A DNA stretch of 64,000 nucleotides from NCBI GenBank assembly GCA_050633245.1, contig JBOEGD010000001.1:96001-160000 (forward strand), read 5' to 3'. The notes beneath the pieces are model-generated. The model was not told the origin of the DNA and ran no database searches. It worked only from the letters and a program-made list of their open reading frames with translations. This DNA comes from Calditrichia bacterium. Lineage in GTDB: Bacteria; Calditrichota; Calditrichia; RBG-13-44-9; J075. The first letter of the stretch is position 1. Each line of letters starts with the position of its first letter. The translations under genes and the position numbers were made by a program. This document shows positions 35,447 to 45,349 of the stretch, one piece after another.

Positions 35447-36625
35447 ATGAAAGCATTAAGCATGGCCTTTTGTCTGTTTTTTCAGATAGCTATTGCGCAG
35501 AGTATAGTGCAGCTCCCGGCTGAGCCTATTTTTCTTACCGAGAAATCGATCGTCTATACACAATTATCCTCTTATGGTCTTTCTGAATCAAAAACAGATA
35601 TATCGGCGCTATCGGGTGCTAATCCGGCCCTTATTGCCGGTTATAAACGTGCAGAAGTTAGCCTGGCTTATCAGTTTGATCTGGAAGATGAGATTCGCTC
35701 TGATCCCTTCGTCGGCCGCGGACTTATAGCACTCCCCCAGGGATTGACGATTGTATATCCGTTCAATTCTTTGGTTCTACTGGCTGGTTTTGATCAGCGC
35801 AGCAACGGTCAGATCGGCCCCTTGCCTATCACAACGAACACCGATCTTGACGGCAATGCTCAATCCGGAAAATATGTTAAAACACATGCTGTTTTAGCAG
35901 CAACTGCAGGTATTGGCTTCTCAACAGATCGTTTTGCCGGCACTGAGGGACGCTGGAACCTCGGCTTACGTATGAATGCCAACTATTTTCGTTTGAGGGA
36001 GGAATTTGGTCAACTGAACAGCAGTGCCGATGCTGTTTTCCCAAGCATACATACCGGAATTGAATTTCAGTGGGGAACAGAACGTAAGCCTGCATTTTCA
36101 GTTTCCTTATATGGCGATTTTAATCCGGAATTTACCTATACAAGGGATGTTGAGCTTCCGAGTGCCATGAGAACAGTTGATAGTCTGGGCAATAGAGACC
36201 AGGAGGTGATCGCCTTCCGGCAATCGGTAGAAGGCAAAATGCCCGATCGCTTCGGGCTGTCTGCGTTGCTTCAGCCTTGGAAACGTTACTCTATCTTTGC
36301 GGATGTAAATACGCTGAGAATTTCTGAAGTCGACTATACCTTTATTAGCTTTACAGACCGCCTGGATTTCGGCCTGGGTGCAATTGCGCAGCTTGCAGAC
36401 GATTTACATTTATCATCCGGTGTTTACAACAGCAGGGTCTCTTCCAAATCATCGGAAGTTCTCAGAAGCGAAAGCATAGATCTTCCCACACTCTTTTTAA
36501 GTCACGGGCTTGGAATAAAATATGGAAAGTTAAGCGGTAGCCTTGCCGTTTTATATAGTATGGATGCCGATTTTTTCACGAGAGATCGTTTTGAGATTAA
36601 GTCCGGGTTTTCTGTTGAGCTTTAG
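35447..36625 (+). CDS. Outer-membrane beta-barrel (FadL/PorV-like)
   Basis: Signal peptide, 'NPALIAG' hatch-type motif, amphipathic strands, C-terminal 'SGFSVEL'; GGGGAG RBS. Confidence 0.65.
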   Translation: MKALSMAFCLFFQIAIAQSIVQLPAEPIFLTEKSIVYTQLSSYGLSESKTDISALSGANPALIAGYKRAEVSLAYQFDLEDEIRSDPFVGRGLIALPQGLTIVYPFNSLVLLAGFDQRSNGQIGPLPITTNTDLDGNAQSGKYVKTHAVLAATAGIGFSTDRFAGTEGRWNLGLRMNANYFRLREEFGQLNSSADAVFPSIHTGIEFQWGTERKPAFSVSLYGDFNPEFTYTRDVELPSAMRTVDSLGNRDQEVIAFRQSVEGKMPDRFGLSALLQPWKRYSIFADVNTLRISEVDYTFISFTDRLDFGLGAIAQLADDLHLSSGVYNSRVSSKSSEVLRSESIDLPTLFLSHGLGIKYGKLSGSLAVLYSMDADFFTRDRFEIKSGFSVEL

Positions 36626-36724
36626 TCTCCCTTTATTCGCTGCCAGCTTCCTCATTCACCCACGACGAAAGTCATAGGCTCATTCTACTGTCCGCTGCCT
36701 GCTGTCTGCTCTCTTCTTTTCTCC

Positions 36725-36752
36725 TTGACTTAACCACCCTTTCTGCCAAAAT
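36725..36752 (+). promoter_or_regulatory. Possible sigma70 promoter for aroC
   Basis: TTGACT-16 nt-CAAAAT with TGn extension. Confidence 0.35.
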
Positions 36753-36789
36753 TCAAAGCTTACTCTAAAATATAACAGGATGTGTGTTT

Positions 36790-38079
36790 ATGAGCGGAAG
36801 TCGTTTTGGAGAAGCATATCGCGTAATGACGTTCGGCGAAAGCCACGGCCCGTTTATCGGGGTGGTTATTGATGGTATTCAACCCGGTATCGAGATTGAT
36901 GAAGAGGCGATTCAGTTTCAATTAAATCGCCGTAAGCCCGGTCAGAGCGATGTGGTTACGCCTCGTAAAGAAGAAGACAAAGTGCAGATTGTCAGCGGTG
37001 TTTTTGAAGGGAAAACAACCGGCACGCCGATCTGTATGTTGATAAAAAACAAGGATCAACGATCCCGCGATTACGGCAATATCGTTAAACTGTTTCGCCC
37101 TGGACATGCCTCATATACATTTTTGCAAAAGTATGGCGTTTTCGATTATCGCGGCGGTGGCCGGGCCAGTGGAAGAGAAACCGCCACCCGGGTAGCATCC
37201 GGCGCCCTTGCCCGCCAACTGTTGGAAGCACGCGGCGTGGAAATTTATGGTTACACTCGGCGCGTTGGCGATATTGAGATTGAACAAGTTGACTTCGATG
37301 TCATCGAAAAGAATCCGGTGCGCGCTGCCGACCCCGGGGCGGCAGAAAAAATGGCGGAGCTAATTCGCGCTGCCCGCGATGAAGGTGACTCTATTGGTGG
37401 AGTGGTAGAAGTTGTGGTGCGAAACTGCCCGCCCGGGCTTGGAGAACCGGTTTTCAACAAGTTACAGGCCGATCTGGCCGGCGCCTTAATGTCTATTGGT
37501 GCAATTAAGGCTTTCGAGATGGGTAGTGGATTTGATACTGCCGGTTTAAAAGGAAGTGATAACAATGACGAGTTTTACTATAGTGAAGACTCGGAAGCGT
37601 TCAAGACGCGTACCAATAATGCCGGAGGCGTTTTAGGCGGAATCAGTAATGGCGAAGATTTGGTTATGCGAATAACCGTTAAACCACCGTCATCAATATC
37701 GAAAACACAAACGACCTCAGACCACGATGGCAAAGATGTGGAGTTCAGTATCGGTGGCCGTCACGATCCCTGTATTTGTCCACGTGTTGTGCCGGTAGCC
37801 GAAGCGATGGTTGCACTGGTATTGCTGGATCATCTGTTGATGCAGGAGCGGCTTACCAATGAGGGGGCAGCTGAGGTTGCTGAAGATAAGCTTGCAACAA
37901 TCGACCAGCAGATTTTGCTGTTGCTTGCTCAACGTCAACGGTTACAGAAGGAGCATGCTTCGTCTGCATCCGGTAAGGATGCAACTATTGAGCAGCTTGA
38001 GAAGCAATCTGAAGGACTGGATTTGCCCAATGAATTATTGAGCAAGCTTGCAGACGTACTGAGTGAAACAAAAAAATAA
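36790..38079 (+). CDS. aroC: Chorismate synthase with C-terminal chorismate-mutase-like remnant
   Basis: TFGESHG, RPGHA, RASGRETA, GGVLGGISNG, GRHDPC; about 70 extra aa 'IDQQILLLLAQR...'. Confidence 0.96.
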   Translation: MSGSRFGEAYRVMTFGESHGPFIGVVIDGIQPGIEIDEEAIQFQLNRRKPGQSDVVTPRKEEDKVQIVSGVFEGKTTGTPICMLIKNKDQRSRDYGNIVKLFRPGHASYTFLQKYGVFDYRGGGRASGRETATRVASGALARQLLEARGVEIYGYTRRVGDIEIEQVDFDVIEKNPVRAADPGAAEKMAELIRAARDEGDSIGGVVEVVVRNCPPGLGEPVFNKLQADLAGALMSIGAIKAFEMGSGFDTAGLKGSDNNDEFYYSEDSEAFKTRTNNAGGVLGGISNGEDLVMRITVKPPSSISKTQTTSDHDGKDVEFSIGGRHDPCICPRVVPVAEAMVALVLLDHLLMQERLTNEGAAEVAEDKLATIDQQILLLLAQRQRLQKEHASSASGKDATIEQLEKQSEGLDLPNELLSKLADVLSETKK

Positions 38080-38132
38080 CTATTTTGAGAGAATATGTAG
38101 CCAAGTATCATCTTTATAGGAAACAGCACATT

Positions 38133-38729
38133 CTAAATTCCGGATGCTTTTCGAAAAATATGCAGAATAAGCCGACGGTTTTCAAAGAAGTAAATAGCTC
38201 CGGAAATTAGTGTTAGTAAGGTAATGAGTGACATACACAGGCCAATGGGGTCAAAATAGTCGGCCTGATAAGGTGTTGTTGACTGCCAGAAAAAGTTGCG
38301 TGCGTTTATATAGGCCAATATCAGCATGATCGTAAACATTTGCAGTGCGGTTTTCCATTTGGCGAGGATGTGAGTTATAACGGGGCTGCCGATCGCGAGA
38401 GCGTAGATTCGAACAGCGGTGATAACAAAGTCCCTAATAATAATAATCACAATCATCCACCAGAATACATAGCCAAGCATCGCGTACACGATAAAGGCTG
38501 ATGCAACGAGAATTTTATCAGCCAGCGGATCCATAAACTGTCCCCAACGGGTAATTACGCCAAACTTGCGTGCATGCCAACCATCGTACCAATCTGTAAA
38601 GGCGGCAATCAGAAAAACAATAGAACCTGCAAGTTGAGTTTTTGGGATGTCCGACAGAATGAGAGAAATGAATACAGGCGTAAGCAGTATGCGGAGTAAG
38701 GTAAGTTGGTTGGGAATTGTTAGATGCAT
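38133..38729 (-). CDS. pgsA: CDP-diacylglycerol--glycerol-3-phosphate 3-phosphatidyltransferase
   Basis: PNQLTLLRI; CDP-alcohol motif DWYDGWHARKFG...GQFMDPLADK; KWKT. Confidence 0.9.
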   Translation of the reverse strand: MHLTIPNQLTLLRILLTPVFISLILSDIPKTQLAGSIVFLIAAFTDWYDGWHARKFGVITRWGQFMDPLADKILVASAFIVYAMLGYVFWWMIVIIIIRDFVITAVRIYALAIGSPVITHILAKWKTALQMFTIMLILAYINARNFFWQSTTPYQADYFDPIGLCMSLITLLTLISGAIYFFENRRLILHIFRKASGI

Positions 38730-39006
38730 GACTCTCACGGTTTCTTTTGATTCGAATCGAATTTAACGTGCTATGTCATGAGAGCGAAGCAGTTTTTCAA
38801 TTGAACTGAGATGCATTTCGGTCAGAATTGACGGGGCGCAACGCATGTAATGCAGATAATCACCAAATTCTGACTAAATATCCGGTGAATACACTCGAAA
38901 ATTAAATTAGAGAAGATGTAAAAGTGGGCAAATATTGAAAAATGACTGCCTTTTTTTCTGTGAGTTGAGTCATAAGAAAGATATTGCGGTCGTCTATATT
39001 CAGGCT

Positions 39007-39040
39007 CGTATGCGTGATTTCCTAGGGCGTATACGTGATT
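39007..39040. promoter_or_regulatory. Tandem 13-bp direct repeat upstream of the polysaccharide operon
   Basis: cgtatgcgtgatt (39007-19) and cgtatacgtgatt (39028-40), 21-bp period. Confidence 0.5.
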
Positions 39041-39116
39041 GACCTGGCGGAGCTGCATTTAACCGGTATTACTGCAAACACTTTTACATCTGGACATCTA
39101 AATTCGAAACAGGGAT

Positions 39117-40133
39117 ATGTTACAAACGAATACTTCCGGTAGAACGACTGTGGCAAAACAAGAATCCTCTCCAAACGGTAATCTCGCCATTCTGGGCGTA
39201 AACCGTATTGCGGAAAAATTGTATGCCAAAATGAAAGACGCCAATCCTTTCGATAGGGAAATCGTAGGATTTATCTCGATTGATTCTAGTAAGACCGAAC
39301 CGAACGGCCTGGCAAGTGCTCAGAACATTCTGGGCAATATCGACGATCTCTCGGCGATTGTGAAATCTAATGGCATCGATAAAGTGGTGCTTGCCGTAGA
39401 TCCTAACGATAAACACACGCTTCACGAAGTTATTCAAGCCTGTGAAGCAATCCAATTAAGCTATGAAGCATTGCCTTCATCCTACGACATCAGCTATGAA
39501 GATGAGTCCACGGAAGAATCGCAGATTGTAGAGAGCATTGATGGGCAGAAAGACTTGTGGTTTCAGCGCATTGTTGACCTGATTGTCAGCACGTCTATGT
39601 TTCTGCTCTTCCTGCCATCCTATGTTTTTGTGGCGCTCGCCATCAAGCTCGAATCGAAGGGCAATGTCCTTTATTCACAGGAGCGGGTTGGTAAAAACGG
39701 CAAGATCTTCAAGATATACAAGTTTCGCAGTATGTATATCGATGCCGAAGCACGCGGACCGCAGTTGGCTACAAAACGTGACCCACGAATAACCAGTATC
39801 GGACGCATCCTGCGGAAAACCCGCATCGATGAGCTGCCGCAGCTGGTTAACGTCATCCGGGGCGACATGAGTCTGATAGGCCCACGTCCCGAGCGTCCTT
39901 ACTTCGTGGAAAAATACAGTAAGGAAATTCCCAACTATAAGCAGCGTTTGGCTGTTAAGCCGGGGCTGACTGGTTGGGCGCAGGTAACGGTAGGATATGA
40001 TGAGTCGCTTGATGATGTAAAAGAGAAGGTTCGCAAGGATCTCCATTATATCCAAAACCGATCATCGGTGAAACTCTATTTCCAAATTGTAATAAAAACT
40101 ATCTGGGTCGTTGTAACGGCCAGTGGACAATAA
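39117..40133 (+). CDS. Polyprenyl-phosphate priming glycosylphosphotransferase (CoA-binding-like + Bac_transf)
   Basis: 'YKFRSM', 'DPRIT', 'IDELPQL', 'GDMSLIGPRPE', 'KPGLTGWAQV'. Confidence 0.93.
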   Translation: MLQTNTSGRTTVAKQESSPNGNLAILGVNRIAEKLYAKMKDANPFDREIVGFISIDSSKTEPNGLASAQNILGNIDDLSAIVKSNGIDKVVLAVDPNDKHTLHEVIQACEAIQLSYEALPSSYDISYEDESTEESQIVESIDGQKDLWFQRIVDLIVSTSMFLLFLPSYVFVALAIKLESKGNVLYSQERVGKNGKIFKIYKFRSMYIDAEARGPQLATKRDPRITSIGRILRKTRIDELPQLVNVIRGDMSLIGPRPERPYFVEKYSKEIPNYKQRLAVKPGLTGWAQVTVGYDESLDDVKEKVRKDLHYIQNRSSVKLYFQIVIKTIWVVVTASGQ

Positions 40134-40135
40134 GA

Positions 40136-41005
40136 ATGTCTGACGTAATGAACATATTATCCTTCGATATCGAAGATTGGTTTCATCCTGAGATGTTCTC
40201 CGGGCGGTTTCCGCGCGAAGACTGGACAACTCTGGAGAGCCGGGTTCGCCGAGATACCGATATTATTCTGAACTTCCTGGCGAGAAAAAACGTCAAGGCT
40301 ACCTTTTTTTATTTAGGTTGGGTTGCCGAGAAGTTTCCCGAATTGGTTAAGGATACGGTTTCTGGTGGGCATGAAATTGCGTCACACAGTTATTCTCATT
40401 CGATGATCACAAATATGACACCGGAAGAATTTCGCAGTGACTTGCGACGTTCCCTCAGTGTGCTGAATGATTTATCTGATCATCCGGTGGTTGGGTTCCG
40501 GGCACCGACATTCTCGGTTACAAAAGATACCTTGTGGGCACTGCCGATTATGTTTGAAGAGGGAATCCGCTACGATTCATCCGTATTTCCTATTCATCAC
40601 GATCGCTACGGAATACCTGATGCGCCGCGTGAGCCGTTTGTTATCTATGAACGAGACGGTGAAGAACTGATTGAGTTTCCGATGACCACGGTTCGATATG
40701 GCTCATACAACCTTCCCTTTGGCGGTGGCGGATACTTTCGACTGTATCCATTTTGGATGTCGCTGAAGCTGGCAAAAAAATGCCAAAAGGATGGTCGTCC
40801 CGTAATGTTTTATGCACATCCGTGGGAGTTTGACACGGAACTTCCCGAGATTGAACTTGGAATGTTGTCGCGAATGCGACACTATAAGGGAATCCGCTCT
40901 TTCTTACAGCGACTCGATCGCATGACGGATTTGTTTCCCTTTACATCCTTTAAAGATGCCGCTTTACCGGTGAACCGGGAATTGACGGTTGCTTTGAACG
41001 GATAA
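40136..41005 (+). CDS. Polysaccharide deacetylase, XrtA/PEP-CTERM-associated type (DUF3473)
   Basis: 'SFDIEDWF', 'HEIASHSYSH', 'GFRAPTFS', 'YDSSVFPIHHDRYG', 'GGGGYFRLYP', 'HPWEFD'. Confidence 0.9.
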   Translation: MSDVMNILSFDIEDWFHPEMFSGRFPREDWTTLESRVRRDTDIILNFLARKNVKATFFYLGWVAEKFPELVKDTVSGGHEIASHSYSHSMITNMTPEEFRSDLRRSLSVLNDLSDHPVVGFRAPTFSVTKDTLWALPIMFEEGIRYDSSVFPIHHDRYGIPDAPREPFVIYERDGEELIEFPMTTVRYGSYNLPFGGGGYFRLYPFWMSLKLAKKCQKDGRPVMFYAHPWEFDTELPEIELGMLSRMRHYKGIRSFLQRLDRMTDLFPFTSFKDAALPVNRELTVALNG

Positions 41006-41206
41006 CAATGTAATTGAATTAATGGGTGAGTGCAGTTATATTGAAGCAATTGCTTCTCTTCTGTCCGCTCCTTTCTCGCAATATATGACTTTGCATGCTT
41101 TAGTGTTCTGCTTCTCAGTGAGAATTGTTTTTTCAGAACAAAACGGCACGGTATAAGGCAAACGGAATTATTGCCAAATTGACATAAACGAGACTGATGG
41201 AAAGCA

Positions 41207-42163
41207 ATGATCGAACAAGAAGGCATTAAGATTGAAACCAAGCTCGTCGAATCCCATCCGGGCGTAGTGATGGTAGAGACCAGCGGGTACGTCGATCAGG
41301 CAAATTGTCATTTACTTCAGAAGACTATCGACGATTCTCTTGCTGGCGGTACGTATAAGCTAATTTTTGATTTCAAAAATCTTGTCTATATGAGTAGCGC
41401 CGGCTGGGGGGTACTTATCGGAGAGATTAAGCGTTTCCGTGAGAGCGGTGGCGATATCAAATTGTGCAATATGGGGCCGGAGATTTATGAGATTTACCAG
41501 ATGCTGGAGTTCTATCATATTATCTCGGAATACCCCTCTGTAGAAGAGGCATTGAAAAGCTTTGGGGATTCGCTGGAAACGCAGCGAATGGAAGAGTCTA
41601 TCCCATTGCCGGCCAAGCCTGCTGAAGAGGCCGCTAAATCGGCGCCAAAGAAATCTGAAAAGGCTCCGGAAGAGACGCCTGCCAAGGCACCTGAAGTAGA
41701 AAAGAAGGCACAGCCACCTGCTGTGGAGAGTAAGCCGGAATCTGCTCCTCAGACCACTATGCCTGCCCCGATTCCAAAAGAGGAGCCATCGCGGGCACCG
41801 CAAGTTCCAGCTGAGGATAGAAATATTGTATTCGAAAAAGAAATAGATGTAGATATAGATAATATTTTGCTGGATGAAGGAATTGGAACTTCTGCACCGC
41901 AAATGAATGCCGGTGGAAGTTACGTGACATTTAACCCAACTAAATATGATCGTCAATCAAATATTAAGGTAATGCCGATACCGGATAAAATCAGAGCTAT
42001 TGTTGCCGCTAATCCTGAGTTCTCACCGTGGAAGATCAAAAAAGCACTGAAAGACCCGGAATATGGAAGTATAAAAGTCGGCTACTTTAAACTTAGATCG
42101 CTTCTCAAGGACCTAGAGTTGGATACCAAGGAAAAACGCTTCCGGTATTATCGGTCTGCCTAA
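41207..42163 (+). CDS. STAS (anti-anti-sigma) domain + Pro/Ala/Glu linker + HTH-like C-terminal domain
   Basis: 'LIFDFKNLVYMSSAGWGVL...GGDIKL'; low-complexity linker; basic C-terminal domain. Confidence 0.82.
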   Translation: MIEQEGIKIETKLVESHPGVVMVETSGYVDQANCHLLQKTIDDSLAGGTYKLIFDFKNLVYMSSAGWGVLIGEIKRFRESGGDIKLCNMGPEIYEIYQMLEFYHIISEYPSVEEALKSFGDSLETQRMEESIPLPAKPAEEAAKSAPKKSEKAPEETPAKAPEVEKKAQPPAVESKPESAPQTTMPAPIPKEEPSRAPQVPAEDRNIVFEKEIDVDIDNILLDEGIGTSAPQMNAGGSYVTFNPTKYDRQSNIKVMPIPDKIRAIVAANPEFSPWKIKKALKDPEYGSIKVGYFKLRSLLKDLELDTKEKRFRYYRSA

Positions 42164-42187
42164 TCCTAATAACATTTGGAGGTAACG

Positions 42188-42910
42188 GTGAGCAGTACTC
42201 GTAAAATCAATTTTAAGGCTCTGGCGCTAGCCATGATGCTGGTATCAACATTGTCGTTTGCCGTTGACGGCACGGATACGCCCAATAACTCAAGCGAAAA
42301 CGAAACCACTCAGCAACAAGGACGCACAACAGGTAGTGTCTTTATGCCCGGTGACGCACTTCAGGTTTCTGCTTTTCCAGACACTGCTTCATTTATTAAT
42401 GGTGTCTTTTCCATTGATGATCGCGGATATATTGACCTCCCGATCTATGGTAAGGTGCGTATTAGCCAGATGTCGCAAGCAGATTTGGAACGCTTCCTAA
42501 ACGAAAAGTTTAAGGATTATTTACGCTATCCAACGCTGAAGGTAAAACCACTTATTCGCATTAGCGTGTTGGGTGGCGTTGCCAATCCGGGGCTGTTTCA
42601 CATTGATCCCGATAATTCTATCTGGGATGCTATGAAGCTTGCCGGCGGACCAACAGATGAAGATGGTTTGAAGCAGATGCACTGGAAACGCAATAAGGAA
42701 AAGGTCGTCGATAATCTGGTTCCAATTTACCAGGACGGTTCTTCTCTTCGCACAATAGGCTTTAAGTCCGGCGATCAGATTTGGGTTCGTACACCTAATA
42801 AACCAGGCTTTTTTGACAAGACCAGAGATTTCCTTGGTCTGATAACAGCTAGCGCATCAGTTGTAGCACTGATTTTTACTTATCAACGCCTTGCGACAGA
42901 TAGACGATAG
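42188..42910 (+). CDS. wza: Polysaccharide export protein (Wza-like, Poly_export + SLBB)
   Basis: 'PGDALQV...IDDRGYIDLPIYG', 'SVLGGVANPG', 'AGG', 'SGDQIWV'; GGAGG RBS before GTG 42188. Confidence 0.82.
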   Translation: MSSTRKINFKALALAMMLVSTLSFAVDGTDTPNNSSENETTQQQGRTTGSVFMPGDALQVSAFPDTASFINGVFSIDDRGYIDLPIYGKVRISQMSQADLERFLNEKFKDYLRYPTLKVKPLIRISVLGGVANPGLFHIDPDNSIWDAMKLAGGPTDEDGLKQMHWKRNKEKVVDNLVPIYQDGSSLRTIGFKSGDQIWVRTPNKPGFFDKTRDFLGLITASASVVALIFTYQRLATDRR

Positions 42911-42958
42911 ATCTGAAAGGCTGTTTAAAGAACACGATTTAACCAGAGTAGGTTTAAT

Positions 42959-45316
42959 ATGAATACGTATGCCAATGGCCAGTCTCCCGGTCCCGGTGGA
43001 TTTGTGGATTCTGAAAATGAAATGAAGAAATATTTGCGCATCTTAAAGAAGCGCAAGTGGATGATTATGCTGGTAACCGCTCTGGTTTTCCTGGGGTGGC
43101 TTGGCTTTGTAATCATGTATCAAAGCAAACCTGTTTATTTGTCCTCCGCATTTCTGCGTTTTGAGGGACAAGATCAAGTTGGTGGACTGGAGCGCGGTCG
43201 CGAAGACTCTGATAGTCGAACGGCGATTCTCCGTACCAATACGCTTTTAGGCAAGGTTGTCGATGAACTGCACTTGAATCTGTCTATCGTTACAGATGAC
43301 GTTTCGAGAAAGGATCTCTTCGAGTTTATCGACCTTACCCCGGAAAGCGTGTTTGGCTACTACCGTATCGATCAGGCCGCAAATGGCTATGAACTGCGCT
43401 TTTCAGAGCAAGATGAGTCTGTGGCTAATGGAGACCTACTTACCAACTTTGCTTTGTCTGATACCCTCTGGATTAACGATATGGGTTTTCGTTTCAATGC
43501 AGGCTATGTTGGCACATTCGAGAATTGGGATGACGGAATGGTCTTCCGGGTTATCCACTCGGAAAGAGCCATTGGCTATTTAAGCAATCGTATAAGAACG
43601 CGTTGGGTTGATCGTAAAGCAAAGAAGAATCTTGAATTAAGTGTGTCACACCCTTCCCCATGGATGGCAGCTAAAACCGCCAACAGCGTTGCTGAACACT
43701 TTGTGCAGCTGGATTCAGATATCAAGAACCGCAAGAGTATCGAAGCTCAAAAAAACCTGGAAGAGCAGCTGGTTCTGGCACGAACGGATCTGGAAGGCGC
43801 CAACCAAAAGCTACAGGAATTTCAGGAACGAAATCCCGGTGTTGGGCAGCCGGCTGGTCTTGCAACAATTGGTGGACTGCAGGCAAGCCAAACCGATATC
43901 GACTTTAAGCTGAATGATTTGAACACCATGATTTCCCGTCTAAGCAGCACGCCTAGTATGGACGGTAAAATCACTGAAACACGCCAGCTATTGCAACAGC
44001 TAATGTCTGAAGGCGTTCCTGCCGCCGCAGCTTTTCAGCAGGAATTTGAAACATTAATGGCTGAGCGGACGCAATTGCTGGGCAACTATTCACCTACGAG
44101 TAGCTTTGTGACGGAAAACTCTACGAAGATTAATGCGATGATTCCGAAAGTTGCCGCTGCGGCACGAGAAACGGCAAGTAAGCTGGCTTCACGTCGTTCA
44201 GGCATTCGTAGTCAGATCTCGAGAGAGCGCTATCGTCAGGGAAGCCTGCCACGAAAACAGCGTGAACTCAGCGAGCTTTCGATTGTTCAGCAATCGAAAA
44301 AAGAACTCTACGAAACAATTCTTCGTCGCTACAACCAGGCTAAGATCAAGCGTGAGGTAGAGGTCGGAGACGTGTTTATTTTGGATCGTGCTACGGTTCC
44401 GCCATTACAGGGCCGCTTGAAGCTGATTGTAACAAAGTCGCTTCTCGGAATTATTTTAGGTCTCGGACTTGGTGTTGGTCTATCAATTATACTTGAATTC
44501 TTTGACAAAACGGTTCAGAGCTCCGAAGACCTTGCTTCTCGCTTAAAGCTGCCGGTTCTCGGAACCATTCCGGTTATTGAAAATGATGATGAGGTGCCGG
44601 AGAATATCCGCGACATAAAGGGTAAACGGGATACCAAGCTGATTACATTGGACTATTCCCCAACCCTCGAGTCGGAGTCTTATCGTGATCTGCGAACCAA
44701 GATTTTGTTCGCAAACAACCGAGAAACGCCGCTTTCCTCGTTCCTGATTACGAGCTTACGTCCGGGTGAAGGGAAGTCTTTAACCTCGTCGAACCTGGCT
44801 ATTACCTTCGCGCAGCAGAAAATTTCTACGCTTATTATCGATGCGGACTTGCGTCGTGGCGTTCTTCACAATGTTTATGGAAATAAGAAGAAGCCGGGCT
44901 TAAGTGATTTTCTCATCTCAAAGGCAACGGTTGACTACGATAATGTCAACAAGCTGGTTCAGAAGACGATTATTCCGAATCTGTATCTGATCTCAACCGG
45001 CTCACCGATTCCCAACCCCACTGAAATGCTGGGCTCGGAACGAATGACGAATTTGCTTAAGGTTCTAAAATCGCGTTTTGGTATGGTTATTCTGGATACG
45101 GCACCATTTGAGGCCAGTTCGGATGCACCGATCCTTTCTACTCACGTAGATGGCGCTCTAATCGTTGTGCGTGCCGACTATACCAATGTGGACAATTTGA
45201 GTCATAAAATTAATGAGTATCCGAATATTCATCGTAAGATTCTCGGACTGGTATTGAACGCCGTAAAGGCCGATATGAACAAAAATCGATATCAATACTC
45301 ATATTACAATTATTAA
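42959..45316 (+). CDS. wzc: Polysaccharide co-polymerase/BY-kinase
   Basis: Two TM helices, Walker A PGEGKS, IDADLRR, ILDTAP, Tyr cluster RYQYSYYNY. Confidence 0.93.
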   Translation: MNTYANGQSPGPGGFVDSENEMKKYLRILKKRKWMIMLVTALVFLGWLGFVIMYQSKPVYLSSAFLRFEGQDQVGGLERGREDSDSRTAILRTNTLLGKVVDELHLNLSIVTDDVSRKDLFEFIDLTPESVFGYYRIDQAANGYELRFSEQDESVANGDLLTNFALSDTLWINDMGFRFNAGYVGTFENWDDGMVFRVIHSERAIGYLSNRIRTRWVDRKAKKNLELSVSHPSPWMAAKTANSVAEHFVQLDSDIKNRKSIEAQKNLEEQLVLARTDLEGANQKLQEFQERNPGVGQPAGLATIGGLQASQTDIDFKLNDLNTMISRLSSTPSMDGKITETRQLLQQLMSEGVPAAAAFQQEFETLMAERTQLLGNYSPTSSFVTENSTKINAMIPKVAAAARETASKLASRRSGIRSQISRERYRQGSLPRKQRELSELSIVQQSKKELYETILRRYNQAKIKREVEVGDVFILDRATVPPLQGRLKLIVTKSLLGIILGLGLGVGLSIILEFFDKTVQSSEDLASRLKLPVLGTIPVIENDDEVPENIRDIKGKRDTKLITLDYSPTLESESYRDLRTKILFANNRETPLSSFLITSLRPGEGKSLTSSNLAITFAQQKISTLIIDADLRRGVLHNVYGNKKKPGLSDFLISKATVDYDNVNKLVQKTIIPNLYLISTGSPIPNPTEMLGSERMTNLLKVLKSRFGMVILDTAPFEASSDAPILSTHVDGALIVVRADYTNVDNLSHKINEYPNIHRKILGLVLNAVKADMNKNRYQYSYYNY

Positions 45317-45349
45317 TACCGATTTTATTCTTTGAATTGGAAGTATTTT

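Noticed and set aside
39046-39053. RfaH ops/JUMPstart element
   Set aside because: GGCGGAGC lacks the T of GGCGGTAG and no other JUMPstart sequence is present; kept only as a remark
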